Positions 38,832 to 48,803 are shown, numbered from the stretch's first letter. The stretch is DNA of 64,000 nt from a virus (IMGVR_UViG_3300008122_000001:55706-119705); one strand, 5' to 3'. Notes: a model not told the origin generated them from the letters alone. Program-made: numbers and translations.

Positions 38832-39833
38832 ATGTCTACTTCAATAACACTTCCACAAATAGCATTCACTGCTAATTATGAAGATGATATAAAAAATACT
38901 ATCTTCAATGCAATGGATTGTAAACTTCAGTCTAACCGTCGCTTTAACCATGAAACACGTTGGTTTAAAGATTTTCCTGAGTTTACTCTTAGTGCTAGTC
39001 CTTCTTGGTCTGATAAATCTAGAGTAGAAATCAGTCGTGATTTTGGTAAATATTTTGATATGAGTATTGAACGTATTAATGCGCTTTATAATCATATCAA
39101 AGGATTATTCCCTAATGGTACTTTCATGTGTCGTTATAATACAACATATGATATTACTATACATCAGATCTTTAGCTTAGGGTCTCATGTCTGGGCTAAT
39201 GCTGATCTTCAGTCTGTATTTTATTGTGAACCTCCTGTAATGCCTACAGAGTACAATGAATGGAAAGATTCTGTTACTAATCATGATTATACTTATATGA
39301 TGAGTGACTGTGCAGGAAGTCATCGTGCTGGACAAGCATCTGAAGAACGTATAAAAGAGCTTAAATCAAAGCTTGATCTTCGGATATGTACTCTTTGGTA
39401 TAATTATATTTTAGGTCGTATGCGTGTTCGTCCTCAAGATATGTCTTTTGGTGATCATTCTAAAGAGACTTGGAATACTCTTGAAGAAGCTTATAAAGAG
39501 TTTCGTATTATTCCTTCACATGCTCCGTATGTAGAACTTGGTACTACTCCAGTTAATACTCCTTGTCTTGGGTTCACTGCTCATGATAAGCGAAGTGGTT
39601 GGATGGAAGGTGATATGAAGTATGAAGGATATGTAAGTAATAATTACTTTGTATCTAAAGAAGAGTATGATAACTCTCAGATTCCAGTGATAGTGTTCCA
39701 TAATTATCCTGAAAAAGGTATATTGGTTTCAGAGAAATGTGAGACTAATAAGCATGATCTTTCTAAACTATTAGAACGTCATTCATGGCAGGATCACTAT
39801 TATACCTTAGAACCTGAAGGTAAATTAAAATAA
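38832..39833 (+). CDS. hypothetical protein
   Basis: 333 aa, AAGGA RBS. Confidence 0.8.
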   Translation: MSTSITLPQIAFTANYEDDIKNTIFNAMDCKLQSNRRFNHETRWFKDFPEFTLSASPSWSDKSRVEISRDFGKYFDMSIERINALYNHIKGLFPNGTFMCRYNTTYDITIHQIFSLGSHVWANADLQSVFYCEPPVMPTEYNEWKDSVTNHDYTYMMSDCAGSHRAGQASEERIKELKSKLDLRICTLWYNYILGRMRVRPQDMSFGDHSKETWNTLEEAYKEFRIIPSHAPYVELGTTPVNTPCLGFTAHDKRSGWMEGDMKYEGYVSNNYFVSKEEYDNSQIPVIVFHNYPEKGILVSEKCETNKHDLSKLLERHSWQDHYYTLEPEGKLK

Positions 39834-39882
39834 TCAATTACATGCATTTGCTTTAATAGTAGATGTATGTGCTAGATTATTT
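39828..39882 (+). promoter_or_regulatory. early hairpin element 3
   Basis: AAATAATC/GATTATTT, AAT/CTA, 14-bp upper stem with four G-T pairs. Confidence 0.85.
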
Positions 39883-39903
39883 ACTTATATAAGGATAACT
39901 ACT

Positions 39904-40284
39904 ATGTTAGTTCATCAATCTAATCGTTCTTGTAATTGTTGTGGTAATATGGTTGATCCCTCTATTATTGATATACCTATACAAGAAATCAAACTTGCTC
40001 CATTTGCAGTAAAATGTAAATGTGGTTACTTCTTTGAAGCTTATCACTATACAGTGTCATTTCGTAAATGGCGAGTAGCAAAAGGTGAATTAGGTTTTCG
40101 TTTAGATAATGCACAATCAGATTATCAACGAGAAAAAGAGTTTATTGAAACTCATTCTCCTATATCTGATTACATGCATATAGATCTAAAACGTAAAGAA
40201 GATTTAGTTCTTAAATTACATGCTGAATGGGATGAAATTTCTCTTAATCCTATTCCTGATCACTTATGGATAGATAAAGATTAA
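39904..40284 (+). CDS. hypothetical Zn-finger-like protein
   Basis: CNCCG...CKCG. Confidence 0.7.
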   Translation: MLVHQSNRSCNCCGNMVDPSIIDIPIQEIKLAPFAVKCKCGYFFEAYHYTVSFRKWRVAKGELGFRLDNAQSDYQREKEFIETHSPISDYMHIDLKRKEDLVLKLHAEWDEISLNPIPDHLWIDKD

Positions 40285-40331
40285 CAATTTATAATACTTA
40301 TCTATATGGTAGGTATTATATGTGGTTAATT
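40279..40331 (+). promoter_or_regulatory. early hairpin element 4
   Basis: GATTAAC/GTTAATT, AATT/TGTG, 13-bp upper stem. Confidence 0.85.
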
Positions 40332-40345
40332 TAGAGTATAAACTT

Positions 40346-40600
40346 ATGAAAAAAGGTTTTAAACTTACAGATGGTAGTATATGGACTATCATTTCTTATG
40401 AGACTGTTGAAGGTTATGAAGATAAACTTGAATCTGAAATTCCATTAAGTGCTATTACTGTAGTTACTGGTGTTAAATGGGTTCAAAACCATACTCATAC
40501 CCATCCTTGTAATGCTTGTTTCTCTGATTGTAACTTTGAAGATTTCAATGTTAATGATCCTCGCATTATAGAATTAACTGACGATGTATTCTCATTATAA
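40346..40600 (+). CDS. hypothetical protein
   Basis: ATG 40346 preferred because GTG 40322 lies inside the hairpin. Confidence 0.65.
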   Translation: MKKGFKLTDGSIWTIISYETVEGYEDKLESEIPLSAITVVTGVKWVQNHTHTHPCNACFSDCNFEDFNVNDPRIIELTDDVFSL

Positions 40601-40610
40601 GGAATAAATA

Positions 40611-40808
40611 ATGAAATTAGATGGTTGGTCTGTTAATACACATAACCACTTCACAAAGAAAGGTTATACTGTAAGACCATATATAGATTCACCTACATTC
40701 TTTATTGAATTACCTAATGGTAAATATCATAAAAGAGATTGTAAAAGTCTACATGGTGCTCTTAAAGTTGTTGAACGTTTAATATTAAAAGAAGGAAAAG
40801 TTAAATAA
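40611..40808 (+). CDS. hypothetical protein
   Basis: AAGGA RBS. Confidence 0.7.
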   Translation: MKLDGWSVNTHNHFTKKGYTVRPYIDSPTFFIELPNGKYHKRDCKSLHGALKVVERLILKEGKVK

Positions 40809-41029
40809 TGGCTACTATTTATTTAATACAATGTTATCTTAAAAGTGATAATAGTTGGGTTGAAACATCCTCTGCTTGTACTTCTCGTAAAGATGCAGAA
40901 GAACGTTCTGATAACCTAAACAAAAACTTTGACCGACATTACCATCAAATAGAAACAATTACTCTTAATGGTGTAGTAAAGAGTCAAATGGAAAATAACT
41001 GTTATGTATTTGGAATAAACGAAAGTTAA
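40808..41029 (+). CDS. hypothetical protein
   Basis: TAATG coupling to the previous gene. Confidence 0.7.
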   Translation: MATIYLIQCYLKSDNSWVETSSACTSRKDAEERSDNLNKNFDRHYHQIETITLNGVVKSQMENNCYVFGINES

Positions 41030-41075
41030 TAAATTTATAAGACTTATACTAATAGGTCTTATATGTGTATTAACT
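41024..41075 (+). promoter_or_regulatory. early hairpin element 5
   Basis: AGTTAATA/TATTAACT, AATT/TGTG, TATAAGACTTAT/ATAGGTCTTATA. Confidence 0.85.
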
Positions 41076-41108
41076 GTAACACTCACTTTAAAACAAGGAA
41101 ATATCCTC

Positions 41109-41960
41109 ATGTTAAAATTATCAATTCCTGCTTCAATTCTTACTGCTGTATCTACATCTATAGGTTCTTTATTAACTGGTGTTATAACAACAGAAAAGAA
41201 TAACTTAAAACTTAATGCCATTCTTAAAACACGTAATAAGAGCATGGCTAAAGCTTTTGGTGTTCCTGTAGAAGAATATGTAAAGAATAAAGAAGAAAAA
41301 CGAGCTAAATCTTTAGCTAATATTCTTTCTAAACTTACATTATCTGAAATTAAACCTATTACTACAAAAATAGGATCTGTTAGTGTAGTAGGTGAAACAG
41401 TAGAAATAGCAATTAATGATCAATATATTGTTGATTGTATTGAAGCTTCTACTCGTGTAGGTCTTCGTATGCTTAAACCTTTATCTGATATAGCTGTTAT
41501 TGTAGAAGAAGAAGGTACTAAAACTGAAGCCATGCTTAAAACATGGGAAGAAGATAAAGTAGATGTTCCTCCTACTGAGCCAAAAGATCCTGAACCAGAA
41601 ACAGAAGTTAAAATTGTAGATGCTCTTGACCTGCCTTCTGAAACAACAACTGAGCTACTAAAAGAAGAACAACCTAAAGATAATAATATTTTTAATGGTT
41701 GGTCTATTATCTCAAGTACATTTAGTTCTAAACCTTTCTTTACTGATGAAAAAAAAGAACAGTGGATTGATTTGTATTATCTTACTTGTACAAATAAAGA
41801 AGGTAATTCTCTTCAAGTAGGTCAGACAGTAAGTAAAGCAATTCTTTCATCTAAACTTAGTATTAAAGATACTGCTGTAGAACAAGAACTACCTGAATCT
41901 TTAGTAGTAGCTGTATATGAATATTATGGATTTAAATCTTTAGCTACTAAACCTGAATAA
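41109..41960 (+). CDS. hypothetical protein
   Basis: 283 aa, AAGGA RBS, Pro/Glu-rich linker. Confidence 0.8.
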   Translation: MLKLSIPASILTAVSTSIGSLLTGVITTEKNNLKLNAILKTRNKSMAKAFGVPVEEYVKNKEEKRAKSLANILSKLTLSEIKPITTKIGSVSVVGETVEIAINDQYIVDCIEASTRVGLRMLKPLSDIAVIVEEEGTKTEAMLKTWEEDKVDVPPTEPKDPEPETEVKIVDALDLPSETTTELLKEEQPKDNNIFNGWSIISSTFSSKPFFTDEKKEQWIDLYYLTCTNKEGNSLQVGQTVSKAILSSKLSIKDTAVEQELPESLVVAVYEYYGFKSLATKPE

Positions 41961-42009
41961 TTAACAATTACATATACTTCTTTAATAGAGGTATATGTGC
42001 TGGTTAATT
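41959..42009 (+). promoter_or_regulatory. early hairpin element 6
   Basis: AATTAAC/GTTAATT, AAT/CTG, TACATATACTTCT/AGAGGTATATGTG. Confidence 0.85.
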
Positions 42010-42025
42010 AAGTAGAGTAAATAAT

Positions 42026-42256
42026 ATGTTATTTGGATCTAACAAATCTTATAACTTAACAGGTTGGACATTTGAACAACTTAATCCTTATTCTTCTTTA
42101 TATAAAAAAGATGGATATACTATCAATGTAAAACTTGTTGATTCACCTGATGTAGGTATCTGTAATGTTGTAGATATTTACAAAGATGATCAATTTCTTA
42201 CTTCTAAAAATAATTTAGAAGAAGCATTAATAGCAATAGGAGAAAATCCACTATGA
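42026..42256 (+). CDS. hypothetical protein
   Basis: ORF directly after a hairpin element. Confidence 0.7.
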   Translation: MLFGSNKSYNLTGWTFEQLNPYSSLYKKDGYTINVKLVDSPDVGICNVVDIYKDDQFLTSKNNLEEALIAIGENPL

Positions 42257-42678
42257 AATATGTTATTGCTTTAGCTTTACCTGGTGGTCTACTTGTAGAG
42301 CTTCGTGGTCATCATAATTCTTATGAAGAAACCCTTCAATACTTACATAAACATTATAAATCATTTAAAGATTCAGATGTTTATATTATTCACTATGATG
42401 GTGATCATGCTGATTATGGTTCTCCTTATAAGTTTAATATGAGTACTTATTACTCATGTGAAGATGGTGTTTACTATGAAGAACATTATGATGAAATCGA
42501 TGCTGGTTTAGGTGTAAAAGAAATTGGTTCATCACTTCTAGTTAATAATGATCTACTTCCTCAAGCTTTAAAAGATAATGGTGAATTAGTAGAGAAAGCT
42601 ATTGAAGATTGGATTAATTCCCATCTTACTAATCCTAAAGTAAACCCTGCAACTATTAAGCCTAACTGGTTAATATAG
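42253..42678 (+). CDS. hypothetical protein
   Basis: AGGAG RBS, ATGA-type overlap. Confidence 0.75.
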   Translation: MKYVIALALPGGLLVELRGHHNSYEETLQYLHKHYKSFKDSDVYIIHYDGDHADYGSPYKFNMSTYYSCEDGVYYEEHYDEIDAGLGVKEIGSSLLVNNDLLPQALKDNGELVEKAIEDWINSHLTNPKVNPATIKPNWLI

Positions 42679-42727
42679 TTAAACAATTACATACATTTCT
42701 AATTGAGATGTATGTGTTGGTTTAATT
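42677..42727 (+). promoter_or_regulatory. early hairpin element 7
   Basis: AGTTAAAC/GTTTAATT, AAT/TTG, TACATACATTTC/GAGATGTATGTG. Confidence 0.85.
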
Positions 42728-42743
42728 GTAAAAGGTATGTATT

Positions 42744-43073
42744 ATGTCTTTAGAATATCATATATTAATAGGTAATAATCATAGTGTAGATCTTTGTCTT
42801 CATGGTCAATCTGTACTCTTTAATACAGATACTAATGAATATAAATTTCAAATAAATAATGAAGAACCTTTCTATACTGAATCTGTAGAAGAAATGCGTA
42901 AAAACAATTATATTGAAGTTATTCATACTCTAGATGAACACTACTATTATGAAAAATGTGAACAAATTTATAACTTTGAAGAATCATACAACTTCTGTTA
43001 TCTAAATCCTCAATATAGTTATTTTGTACGCAACATTTGTAATATTAGAGCACATAAAGATTTAAATTTTTAA
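42744..43073 (+). CDS. hypothetical protein
   Basis: AAGGT RBS. Confidence 0.7.
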   Translation: MSLEYHILIGNNHSVDLCLHGQSVLFNTDTNEYKFQINNEEPFYTESVEEMRKNNYIEVIHTLDEHYYYEKCEQIYNFEESYNFCYLNPQYSYFVRNICNIRAHKDLNF

Positions 43074-43083
43074 GGAGACTGTA

Positions 43084-43470
43084 ATGTCTAAAGAACAGTA
43101 TAAATATGAATGGCAATTAATATCTCTCATGACAGATAATTATGGTATCTCTTTAGATGAGTTTACTAAATTAGTACATGAACAATTTGAAGCTGTACCT
43201 TATCATGATATTACTAGTACACATGAACGTATTAGTGCTAAGAAATTATATCATATCATAGAAACTGATAACTTTAATGGAGATTATCCAAATGAACATT
43301 TTGTTAGTTTCATTGATCATGAAGGTAAGTCTCGTCCTTTAGTCTTTGATAAAAAAGAAGATGCTCAAGTAATTGCTAAAGCATTTAATCAAATCAAATA
43401 CGGTGGAGCTAATCGTTACTTCATGGAAGTAGATAAAGCTCGTAAATTATTTGGTCCATTTGAACCTTAA
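43084..43470 (+). CDS. hypothetical protein
   Basis: AAGGAG RBS. Confidence 0.75.
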   Translation: MSKEQYKYEWQLISLMTDNYGISLDEFTKLVHEQFEAVPYHDITSTHERISAKKLYHIIETDNFNGDYPNEHFVSFIDHEGKSRPLVFDKKEDAQVIAKAFNQIKYGGANRYFMEVDKARKLFGPFEP

Positions 43471-43484
43471 TTAGGAATATAACT

Positions 43485-43799
43485 ATGAAAAATCAAGATG
43501 TAGTAACACTAGATATAACTCGTGAACAACAAGCAGAAAGCTTTGCAAGAGGAGGAGTTAAAGCTATGGGTGTTTGTATAGCTCTTAGTTCAAATGAACA
43601 TCCTCTTGTACGTTTAGGTGGTCTTACATTATCTGTATTTCCTAAAAGTTCAAAAGCTTTAGTACCATTAGCTATATCTTTAGGTGGTTGGATACTTGCT
43701 AAAGATAAGAAAAAAGCATTCATTCAACGTGCTTTCTGCTTTGGTAGTACTATAACAGTAGCAGGTCTTATTAGTTATGAACCATCAAAAAAAATATAA
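43485..43799 (+). CDS. hypothetical protein with hydrophobic segments
   Basis: AGGA RBS. Confidence 0.7.
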   Translation: MKNQDVVTLDITREQQAESFARGGVKAMGVCIALSSNEHPLVRLGGLTLSVFPKSSKALVPLAISLGGWILAKDKKKAFIQRAFCFGSTITVAGLISYEPSKKI

Positions 43800-44022
43800 A
43801 TTAGAAGTAACTGTACATCAGTTTACTGAAAATGGTCGTAGTATACAGACTAAATATATTTCAAATTTAAATCAAAAAAGTATTCCTGAAATTCATAAAG
43901 AAGGTAATTATCTTCACATTGGTTTTCCTAATCATGATACTGAAGATTACTTTAAAGATTTTATTAAATTTGAAATAAAACAAACTAACTACAAACTTCA
44001 TATGACTCACTGGGAAATGTAA
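43777..44022 (+). CDS. hypothetical protein
   Basis: ORF filling the operon gap. Confidence 0.6.
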   Translation: MNHQKKYKLEVTVHQFTENGRSIQTKYISNLNQKSIPEIHKEGNYLHIGFPNHDTEDYFKDFIKFEIKQTNYKLHMTHWEM

Positions 44023-44023
44023 A

Positions 44024-44230
44024 ATGGCAAATAAATCTGCTACTCCGTTAATACGTCTTGAATCTCAGCATACAATCAATGGTATTGCAGTTGGTACTAG
44101 TATTGAAAGTGCTGAACGTATTAAAAATGCTTCTTTTGCTTTACATGCATTAATTGAAACTCATGATCTTAGTGAACATGAAGCTGGATTAATGTTAAAA
44201 GTTGTATTTCCTCAATTAAAAGGTATTTAA
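44024..44230 (+). CDS. hypothetical protein
   Basis: coupled ORF. Confidence 0.65.
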   Translation: MANKSATPLIRLESQHTINGIAVGTSIESAERIKNASFALHALIETHDLSEHEAGLMLKVVFPQLKGI

Positions 44231-44479
44231 ATGAAAGAGTACTTATTACTAGGTATATTATCATTACCTAATACTGGAACTGTTATTCAAAAGGTTAGTC
44301 ATAAATTAGATAACCGTGAAGAATATAATACTCAAGATTTCAATTTGAAAGAATGGGAACAATATGTTCTTGATTTCATGGAAATCACAAGTATTGATAA
44401 TGAAGATTTAGTATTAACTATTATTATTGTTAATCTTAAAAATACTTCAGACTTCAAAACTTATACAAAAAGTAAATAG
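44231..44479 (+). CDS. hypothetical protein
   Basis: AAGGT RBS. Confidence 0.65.
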   Translation: MKEYLLLGILSLPNTGTVIQKVSHKLDNREEYNTQDFNLKEWEQYVLDFMEITSIDNEDLVLTIIIVNLKNTSDFKTYTKSK

Positions 44480-44532
44480 ATAATAAATTACATATACTTA
44501 TTTTAATTATAGGTATATGTTGTGTATTATTT
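44478..44532 (+). promoter_or_regulatory. early hairpin element 8
   Basis: AGATAATA/TATTATTT, AATT/TGTG, ACATATACTTAT/ATAGGTATATGT. Confidence 0.85.
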
Positions 44533-44553
44533 AAAGCCACAAGGAATACTATT

Positions 44554-45288
44554 ATGTCTTATATTTATAATGATTCAATACTTATACCTCAAAAAACATA
44601 TAAGGTACAAGAAGTATTAAAAGCTGGTAAAGAAGCTAAACGATTTAAAAATTGTAGTGCATTTCTTACTCAAATCATTAATGATCAAGCAAGTGTACGT
44701 ATTACTAATAACATGCATTCAGTTCCTGTTCGTTGTTTAATCAATGTAAAAGGATATACTGCTAAACCTGTACGTGCTGAAAATGCTCATGGTTTTGCTG
44801 TAGTTATGCAAAATAGTATTGGTATTCCAGTAGGTCGTGCTTATATTGGTCCTACTCGTGTAACATCAGATAGAGCTTACTTTGATATCAATGGTTCAGA
44901 AATTTCTATTCCTTTAAACCTTACTTGTTGCTTAGTTAAAATTGAAGAAAAAGTAACAAAAGAAGCTAAGAAAGTAGAAAAAGAAACTGGTATTCCTCAT
45001 AAACTTGTTGATTTATTAGATGATAAATCAGCTCGTAAAGAACCAGAAGAACCTTTACCAATATTTGTTAAGAAATTATTTCCTAATCTTATTGTAGAAG
45101 AAGTAAGAGAAAGAATTCGAAATGAACATCGTCCTGTATATGATATGGATGGTAATGATCACAACACAATTGCAGAAGCTGAAAGAGCCAATGTATTAAT
45201 TAAACAACGTATTCTAACACAACATGTAAAAATCATGGTAGATATGGAATATGATCGTCAAGAAGCTGAAGCCCTTAAAAAGGGCTAA
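44554..45288 (+). CDS. hypothetical protein
   Basis: 244 aa, AAGGA RBS. Confidence 0.8.
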   Translation: MSYIYNDSILIPQKTYKVQEVLKAGKEAKRFKNCSAFLTQIINDQASVRITNNMHSVPVRCLINVKGYTAKPVRAENAHGFAVVMQNSIGIPVGRAYIGPTRVTSDRAYFDINGSEISIPLNLTCCLVKIEEKVTKEAKKVEKETGIPHKLVDLLDDKSARKEPEEPLPIFVKKLFPNLIVEEVRERIRNEHRPVYDMDGNDHNTIAEAERANVLIKQRILTQHVKIMVDMEYDRQEAEALKKG

Positions 45289-45309
45289 GCCTTCGGCTTC
45301 AAATGGTTT

Positions 45310-45450
45310 ATGAATATGAATTCTTATCAAGTAACATTCTATGATCTAACAACCTGGATCACGGAGGGTAGTAGTTCTCTCCATGCTAGGAGATTAGCAA
45401 GAGAATATTACCCAACAAGATTCGTAACACATGTAATTCAAATTAAATAG
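45310..45450 (+). CDS. 46-aa ORF missing from the track
   Basis: open frame MNMNSYQVTFYDL...IQIK fills the gap before ssb. Confidence 0.4.
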   Translation: MNMNSYQVTFYDLTTWITEGSSSLHARRLAREYYPTRFVTHVIQIK

Positions 45451-45461
45451 GAGTATACCTC

Positions 45462-45860
45462 ATGCAAGGTATTAATCAAGTTGTTCTAATGGGCACATTA
45501 GGTAATAAACCAGAACTTAAAACTTTCCCTAACGGTGGTAAATCAACACGTATTTCTTTAGCCACTTCTATGTCTTGGATTGATTCAGACTCTGGTGAAC
45601 GTAAAGAAAAAACACAATGGCACTCTGTAGTACTGCGTAATCGTCAAGCTGAAATTGCAGTACAATACTTAGATAAAGGTGATCGTGTTGGTGTTGTTGG
45701 TCGTTTAGAAACACGGAGTTATGTAAAAGATAATATTACTTTTTATGTAACTGAAGTTATTAGTACTAATTTACAAATGATCAGTACTAAAAATAAATCA
45801 CCTAACATTCCTGCTGAAGTATCTATTCCACCTGATATGGATGATGACTTACCATTCTGA
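45462..45860 (+). CDS. ssb: single-stranded DNA-binding protein, bacterial type
   Basis: GINQVVLMGTLGNKPELKTFPNGG...WHSVVL...GRLETRSY; C-terminal DDDLPF tail. Confidence 0.95.
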   Translation: MQGINQVVLMGTLGNKPELKTFPNGGKSTRISLATSMSWIDSDSGERKEKTQWHSVVLRNRQAEIAVQYLDKGDRVGVVGRLETRSYVKDNITFYVTEVISTNLQMISTKNKSPNIPAEVSIPPDMDDDLPF

Positions 45861-45863
45861 TCT

Positions 45864-45923
45864 AGATAATAGATTTATAATACTTATTATAGAAATATAG
45901 TAGGTATTATATGTATATTATTT
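45864..45923 (+). promoter_or_regulatory. early hairpin element 9
   Basis: AGATAATA/TATTATTT, GATT/TGTA, 16-bp upper stem with a GAAA tetraloop. Confidence 0.85.
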
Positions 45924-45940
45924 AACATAGGAGTAATAAA

Positions 45941-46213
45941 ATGAATAATATAGAATTTAATACTCGTTTGATTAATATCTTAAAAATGAGAAATAAACTA
46001 AAACGTAGTGAATTGGTAGATTTATTAAGACAGTTTTGGAAACATAACAAACAACAGTTACAAACAATTTATCATTATCATTGTTATCAATTAGTTGTTA
46101 AAGTTCTTAATCATTTTGATAATATTATCTTACAAAGCAACAATCGTTACTACTATGTTTATAAAAATGTATTAGTAGATTTTGTAGAAAAAAGTACTCA
46201 AAACCCTATATAG
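45941..46213 (+). CDS. hypothetical protein (possible winged-helix)
   Basis: AGGAG RBS; N-terminal similarity to 50782-50982 (IL...(L/I)(K/T)...EL...L). Confidence 0.65.
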   Translation: MNNIEFNTRLINILKMRNKLKRSELVDLLRQFWKHNKQQLQTIYHYHCYQLVVKVLNHFDNIILQSNNRYYYVYKNVLVDFVEKSTQNPI

Positions 46214-46561
46214 GTATTGATTAATTTCAAAATGTAATGTTAATTATGTAGAGATATATATAAATATAAGTATACATTTATAAACTTAAATGTACATTAC
46301 ATATTAACTATCTATTTGTTATATAATGGTGACTCCGTGCCACAAGAACTGAAACTAGTTACGTTACTATTCCTCACTATTGTCTCTATAGTGTCTCTTT
46401 CGACTTACTGTAATACTTTATACCAATAAGCCTAATAATGGCTACAAGGAGCTTACAATGCATTCTACAACCAATCTAGTACCAGCTGTAGTACACAATT
46501 TAAATGAAGTTTATTTATTTATGTACGGTCAATTACAAACTTCAGATTTCCTTTCTTAATC

Positions 46562-46611
46562 TGTTATTCAATTTATATCACTTCTTATGAGGTGATATAT
46601 GTAGACTAACA
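46562..46611 (+). promoter_or_regulatory. early hairpin element 10
   Basis: TGTTATTC/GACTAACA (one mismatch), AATT/TGTA, TATATCACTTC/GAGGTGATATA. Confidence 0.85.
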
Positions 46612-46626
46612 CTTAGGTATACTATC

Positions 46627-47028
46627 ATGTATCGCTTATATAAAACTTACATCAATTCAGATGGCTCTTATTTCGATATGGAAGCCGTTTACTTTAATTG
46701 CATACAAGAGCACAGTAAACTTCTTAATCGCTCTCTAAAGACCTGTGAAGCTCATGATGGTGTACTTTGTAAAGTAGCTTACACCCTTGAACCTTTATAT
46801 CTTTCTGAAGCTTATCAACGATCAGCAGTGTATCATATTAGTAATGCTAATAATATTAATACTCTTACTGAGTTTAAAACATGCCTTAAAGAATATTTTC
46901 CTGAATATATCAAATATATTTCTAACGAAAATATTATTAAAGAATTAAAACATATGGCTTCTTTTGTACTAAGTGGTGAAAGAATCTATCCTGATATTAA
47001 ACGTATCATTGAAGTAAAAGGTAAATAA
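46627..47028 (+). CDS. hypothetical protein
   Basis: AGGT RBS. Confidence 0.7.
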   Translation: MYRLYKTYINSDGSYFDMEAVYFNCIQEHSKLLNRSLKTCEAHDGVLCKVAYTLEPLYLSEAYQRSAVYHISNANNINTLTEFKTCLKEYFPEYIKYISNENIIKELKHMASFVLSGERIYPDIKRIIEVKGK

Positions 47029-47119
47029 TTATGTATGAGATCTATTTATACTTAGTTGGATTACACCCTTCTATGTTTCTTCCTAAAAACTTAATTAAAT
47101 TAATAAAGGTAGAACCACA

Positions 47120-47491
47120 ATGACTCAAGAAAAGAATAAGTTTAATCAACTTATGAATACTCATCTTGATGCTCTTTATGCATTAAATCAATATCAAGAA
47201 CAATGTGTAAATGTAAGTTTAAATGGTTCTGTAGATTGTATGGAACTCCGTGCATTACACAATGTAATTGCTCAACATTTTCCTGAATTAATTTCCTCTC
47301 GTCGCATCAGCGATGGGGGAAGTAATAAAATGACATTAATTGCTAAAGTAGAAGAAATTAAACCTGCTTTAGAATTAATCCTTTCTGAATATCCTCGTAT
47401 CTCTTCTAGTATTGTTGGTATCTCACTACAAAAAATGATTAATGAATTAGAACCACAATTAAACTTTAAATTATTCCCTAACTATCGTTAA
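47120..47491 (+). CDS. hypothetical protein
   Basis: AAGGT RBS. Confidence 0.75.
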   Translation: MTQEKNKFNQLMNTHLDALYALNQYQEQCVNVSLNGSVDCMELRALHNVIAQHFPELISSRRISDGGSNKMTLIAKVEEIKPALELILSEYPRISSSIVGISLQKMINELEPQLNFKLFPNYR

Positions 47492-47503
47492 AAGGATTGT
47501 ACT

Positions 47504-48073
47504 ATGACTACTCAACAACCTACTGCATATTCTTTATTTCTTACAGCTTGGGAAAATGCTCCTAAGATTCCTTTCAAAATGGAATGGAAAAATGGTACTG
47601 GTTATCTAGATCATGCAACTAATGATGATGAATTAGATATTCCTTATAATGAATTCCGTGCAACTATTGATGATTATGGACGTTATGTATTACTTAAAGG
47701 TTTAGGTCTTAAATGTAATATTGTAGTCTTTGAACGTCATGTTCATGGTATGAGTGAAATCTTAGTAAATAATCAACCATCTCGTCGTCATACTAAAAAA
47801 GTTGATTTAACTAACTGGGTAGACATTAAAGATGGTTCTCTTGATTTACGTAATATGGAAATCTTCCTGAATTTACGTGATAATTTATTAATCATTAATG
47901 ATGCTGGTATTGAATACATTAATAAAAATGTAGACTCTGCTTTAGTATCTACTGGTGATTTTGAAATCTTAATCAATGATTGCTATACAGGTGTTAAACA
48001 ACAAGACCTTCAAGCTTTTGGTATTGATATCAACACACTATATGTCTATGGTTATATTCAGGATTTAGTATAA
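47504..48073 (+). CDS. hypothetical protein
   Basis: AAGGA RBS; WKNGTGYLD...DDYGR...IVVFERH pattern. Confidence 0.8.
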   Translation: MTTQQPTAYSLFLTAWENAPKIPFKMEWKNGTGYLDHATNDDELDIPYNEFRATIDDYGRYVLLKGLGLKCNIVVFERHVHGMSEILVNNQPSRRHTKKVDLTNWVDIKDGSLDLRNMEIFLNLRDNLLIINDAGIEYINKNVDSALVSTGDFEILINDCYTGVKQQDLQAFGIDINTLYVYGYIQDLV

Positions 48074-48330
48074 TGGAAAACCCTATTACTGTACTATTAT
48101 TCTTTCTTGGATTAGAACAAGGTGATCAAAACTTTGATTCTAAACTAGTATATAAATTAGGTATGCCTATTCCTAATGCTAAATTATACTTAGATATTGC
48201 TAATTGGGATAAGAATTGGTGTCAAACTTTAAGTGAGCGTTTATGCTTTCCTAAAGACTATTGGTATAATTTATTATGTCAATATAATGCATCTAAAGTA
48301 GATAACATTATCGAAACAGAATTTAAATAA
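48073..48330 (+). CDS. hypothetical protein
   Basis: TAATG coupling. Confidence 0.7.
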   Translation: MENPITVLLFFLGLEQGDQNFDSKLVYKLGMPIPNAKLYLDIANWDKNWCQTLSERLCFPKDYWYNLLCQYNASKVDNIIETEFK

Positions 48331-48375
48331 TAAATTTATAGGACTTACTTAGGTAGGTTCTATATGTGTATTATT
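48326..48375 (+). promoter_or_regulatory. early hairpin element 11
   Basis: AATAATA/TATTATT, AATT/TGTG, TATAGGACTTAC/GTAGGTTCTATA. Confidence 0.85.
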
Positions 48376-48391
48376 ACAAAGAGATATTAAT

Positions 48392-48565
48392 ATGTGGGAA
48401 AAGATTAAACCTAACTTTTCAAATGTAAAAGAAGGTAAAGAATACAAAACTTGTATTAATGATGAACAAGGGTTACGTAATATTGCAACACTAAGAAAAC
48501 AAGGTAACTTGTGGTTTTCTGGTAACAGTTACGTTTACTATACTCCTACTCACATTTGGGTATAA
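48392..48565 (+). CDS. 57-aa ORF missing from the track
   Basis: MWEKIKPNF...GLRNIATLRKQGNLWF...YYTPTHIWV; AGAG RBS. Confidence 0.65.
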   Translation: MWEKIKPNFSNVKEGKEYKTCINDEQGLRNIATLRKQGNLWFSGNSYVYYTPTHIWV

Positions 48566-48566
48566 T

Positions 48567-48740
48567 ATGAAAATAGTTATTGTACATCCTTCACTTATTT
48601 CTATATTTAAACAATGCTCTGTTGCTTCATCATTAGATAATTGTAGTAATAAAGAATATCAAAAGTTTACTAATCATGGTCGTAAATTACCTAATCATAG
48701 TAAACATAAAGCTAATATTAAAAAAGGAAACTTTCCTTAA
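48567..48740 (+). CDS. 57-aa ORF missing from the track
   Basis: starts 2 nt after the previous stop; its TAA is at the base of hairpin 12. Confidence 0.55.
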   Translation: MKIVIVHPSLISIFKQCSVASSLDNCSNKEYQKFTNHGRKLPNHSKHKANIKKGNFP

Positions 48741-48788
48741 TTAATAAATTTATAGGAATTATTATTAGTTCCTATATGTGTATTAATT
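48739..48788 (+). promoter_or_regulatory. early hairpin element 12
   Basis: AATTAATA/TATTAATT, AATT/TGTG, TATAGGAATTA/TAGTTCCTATA. Confidence 0.85.
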
Positions 48789-48803
48789 AATATCGAGGTT
48801 ATT

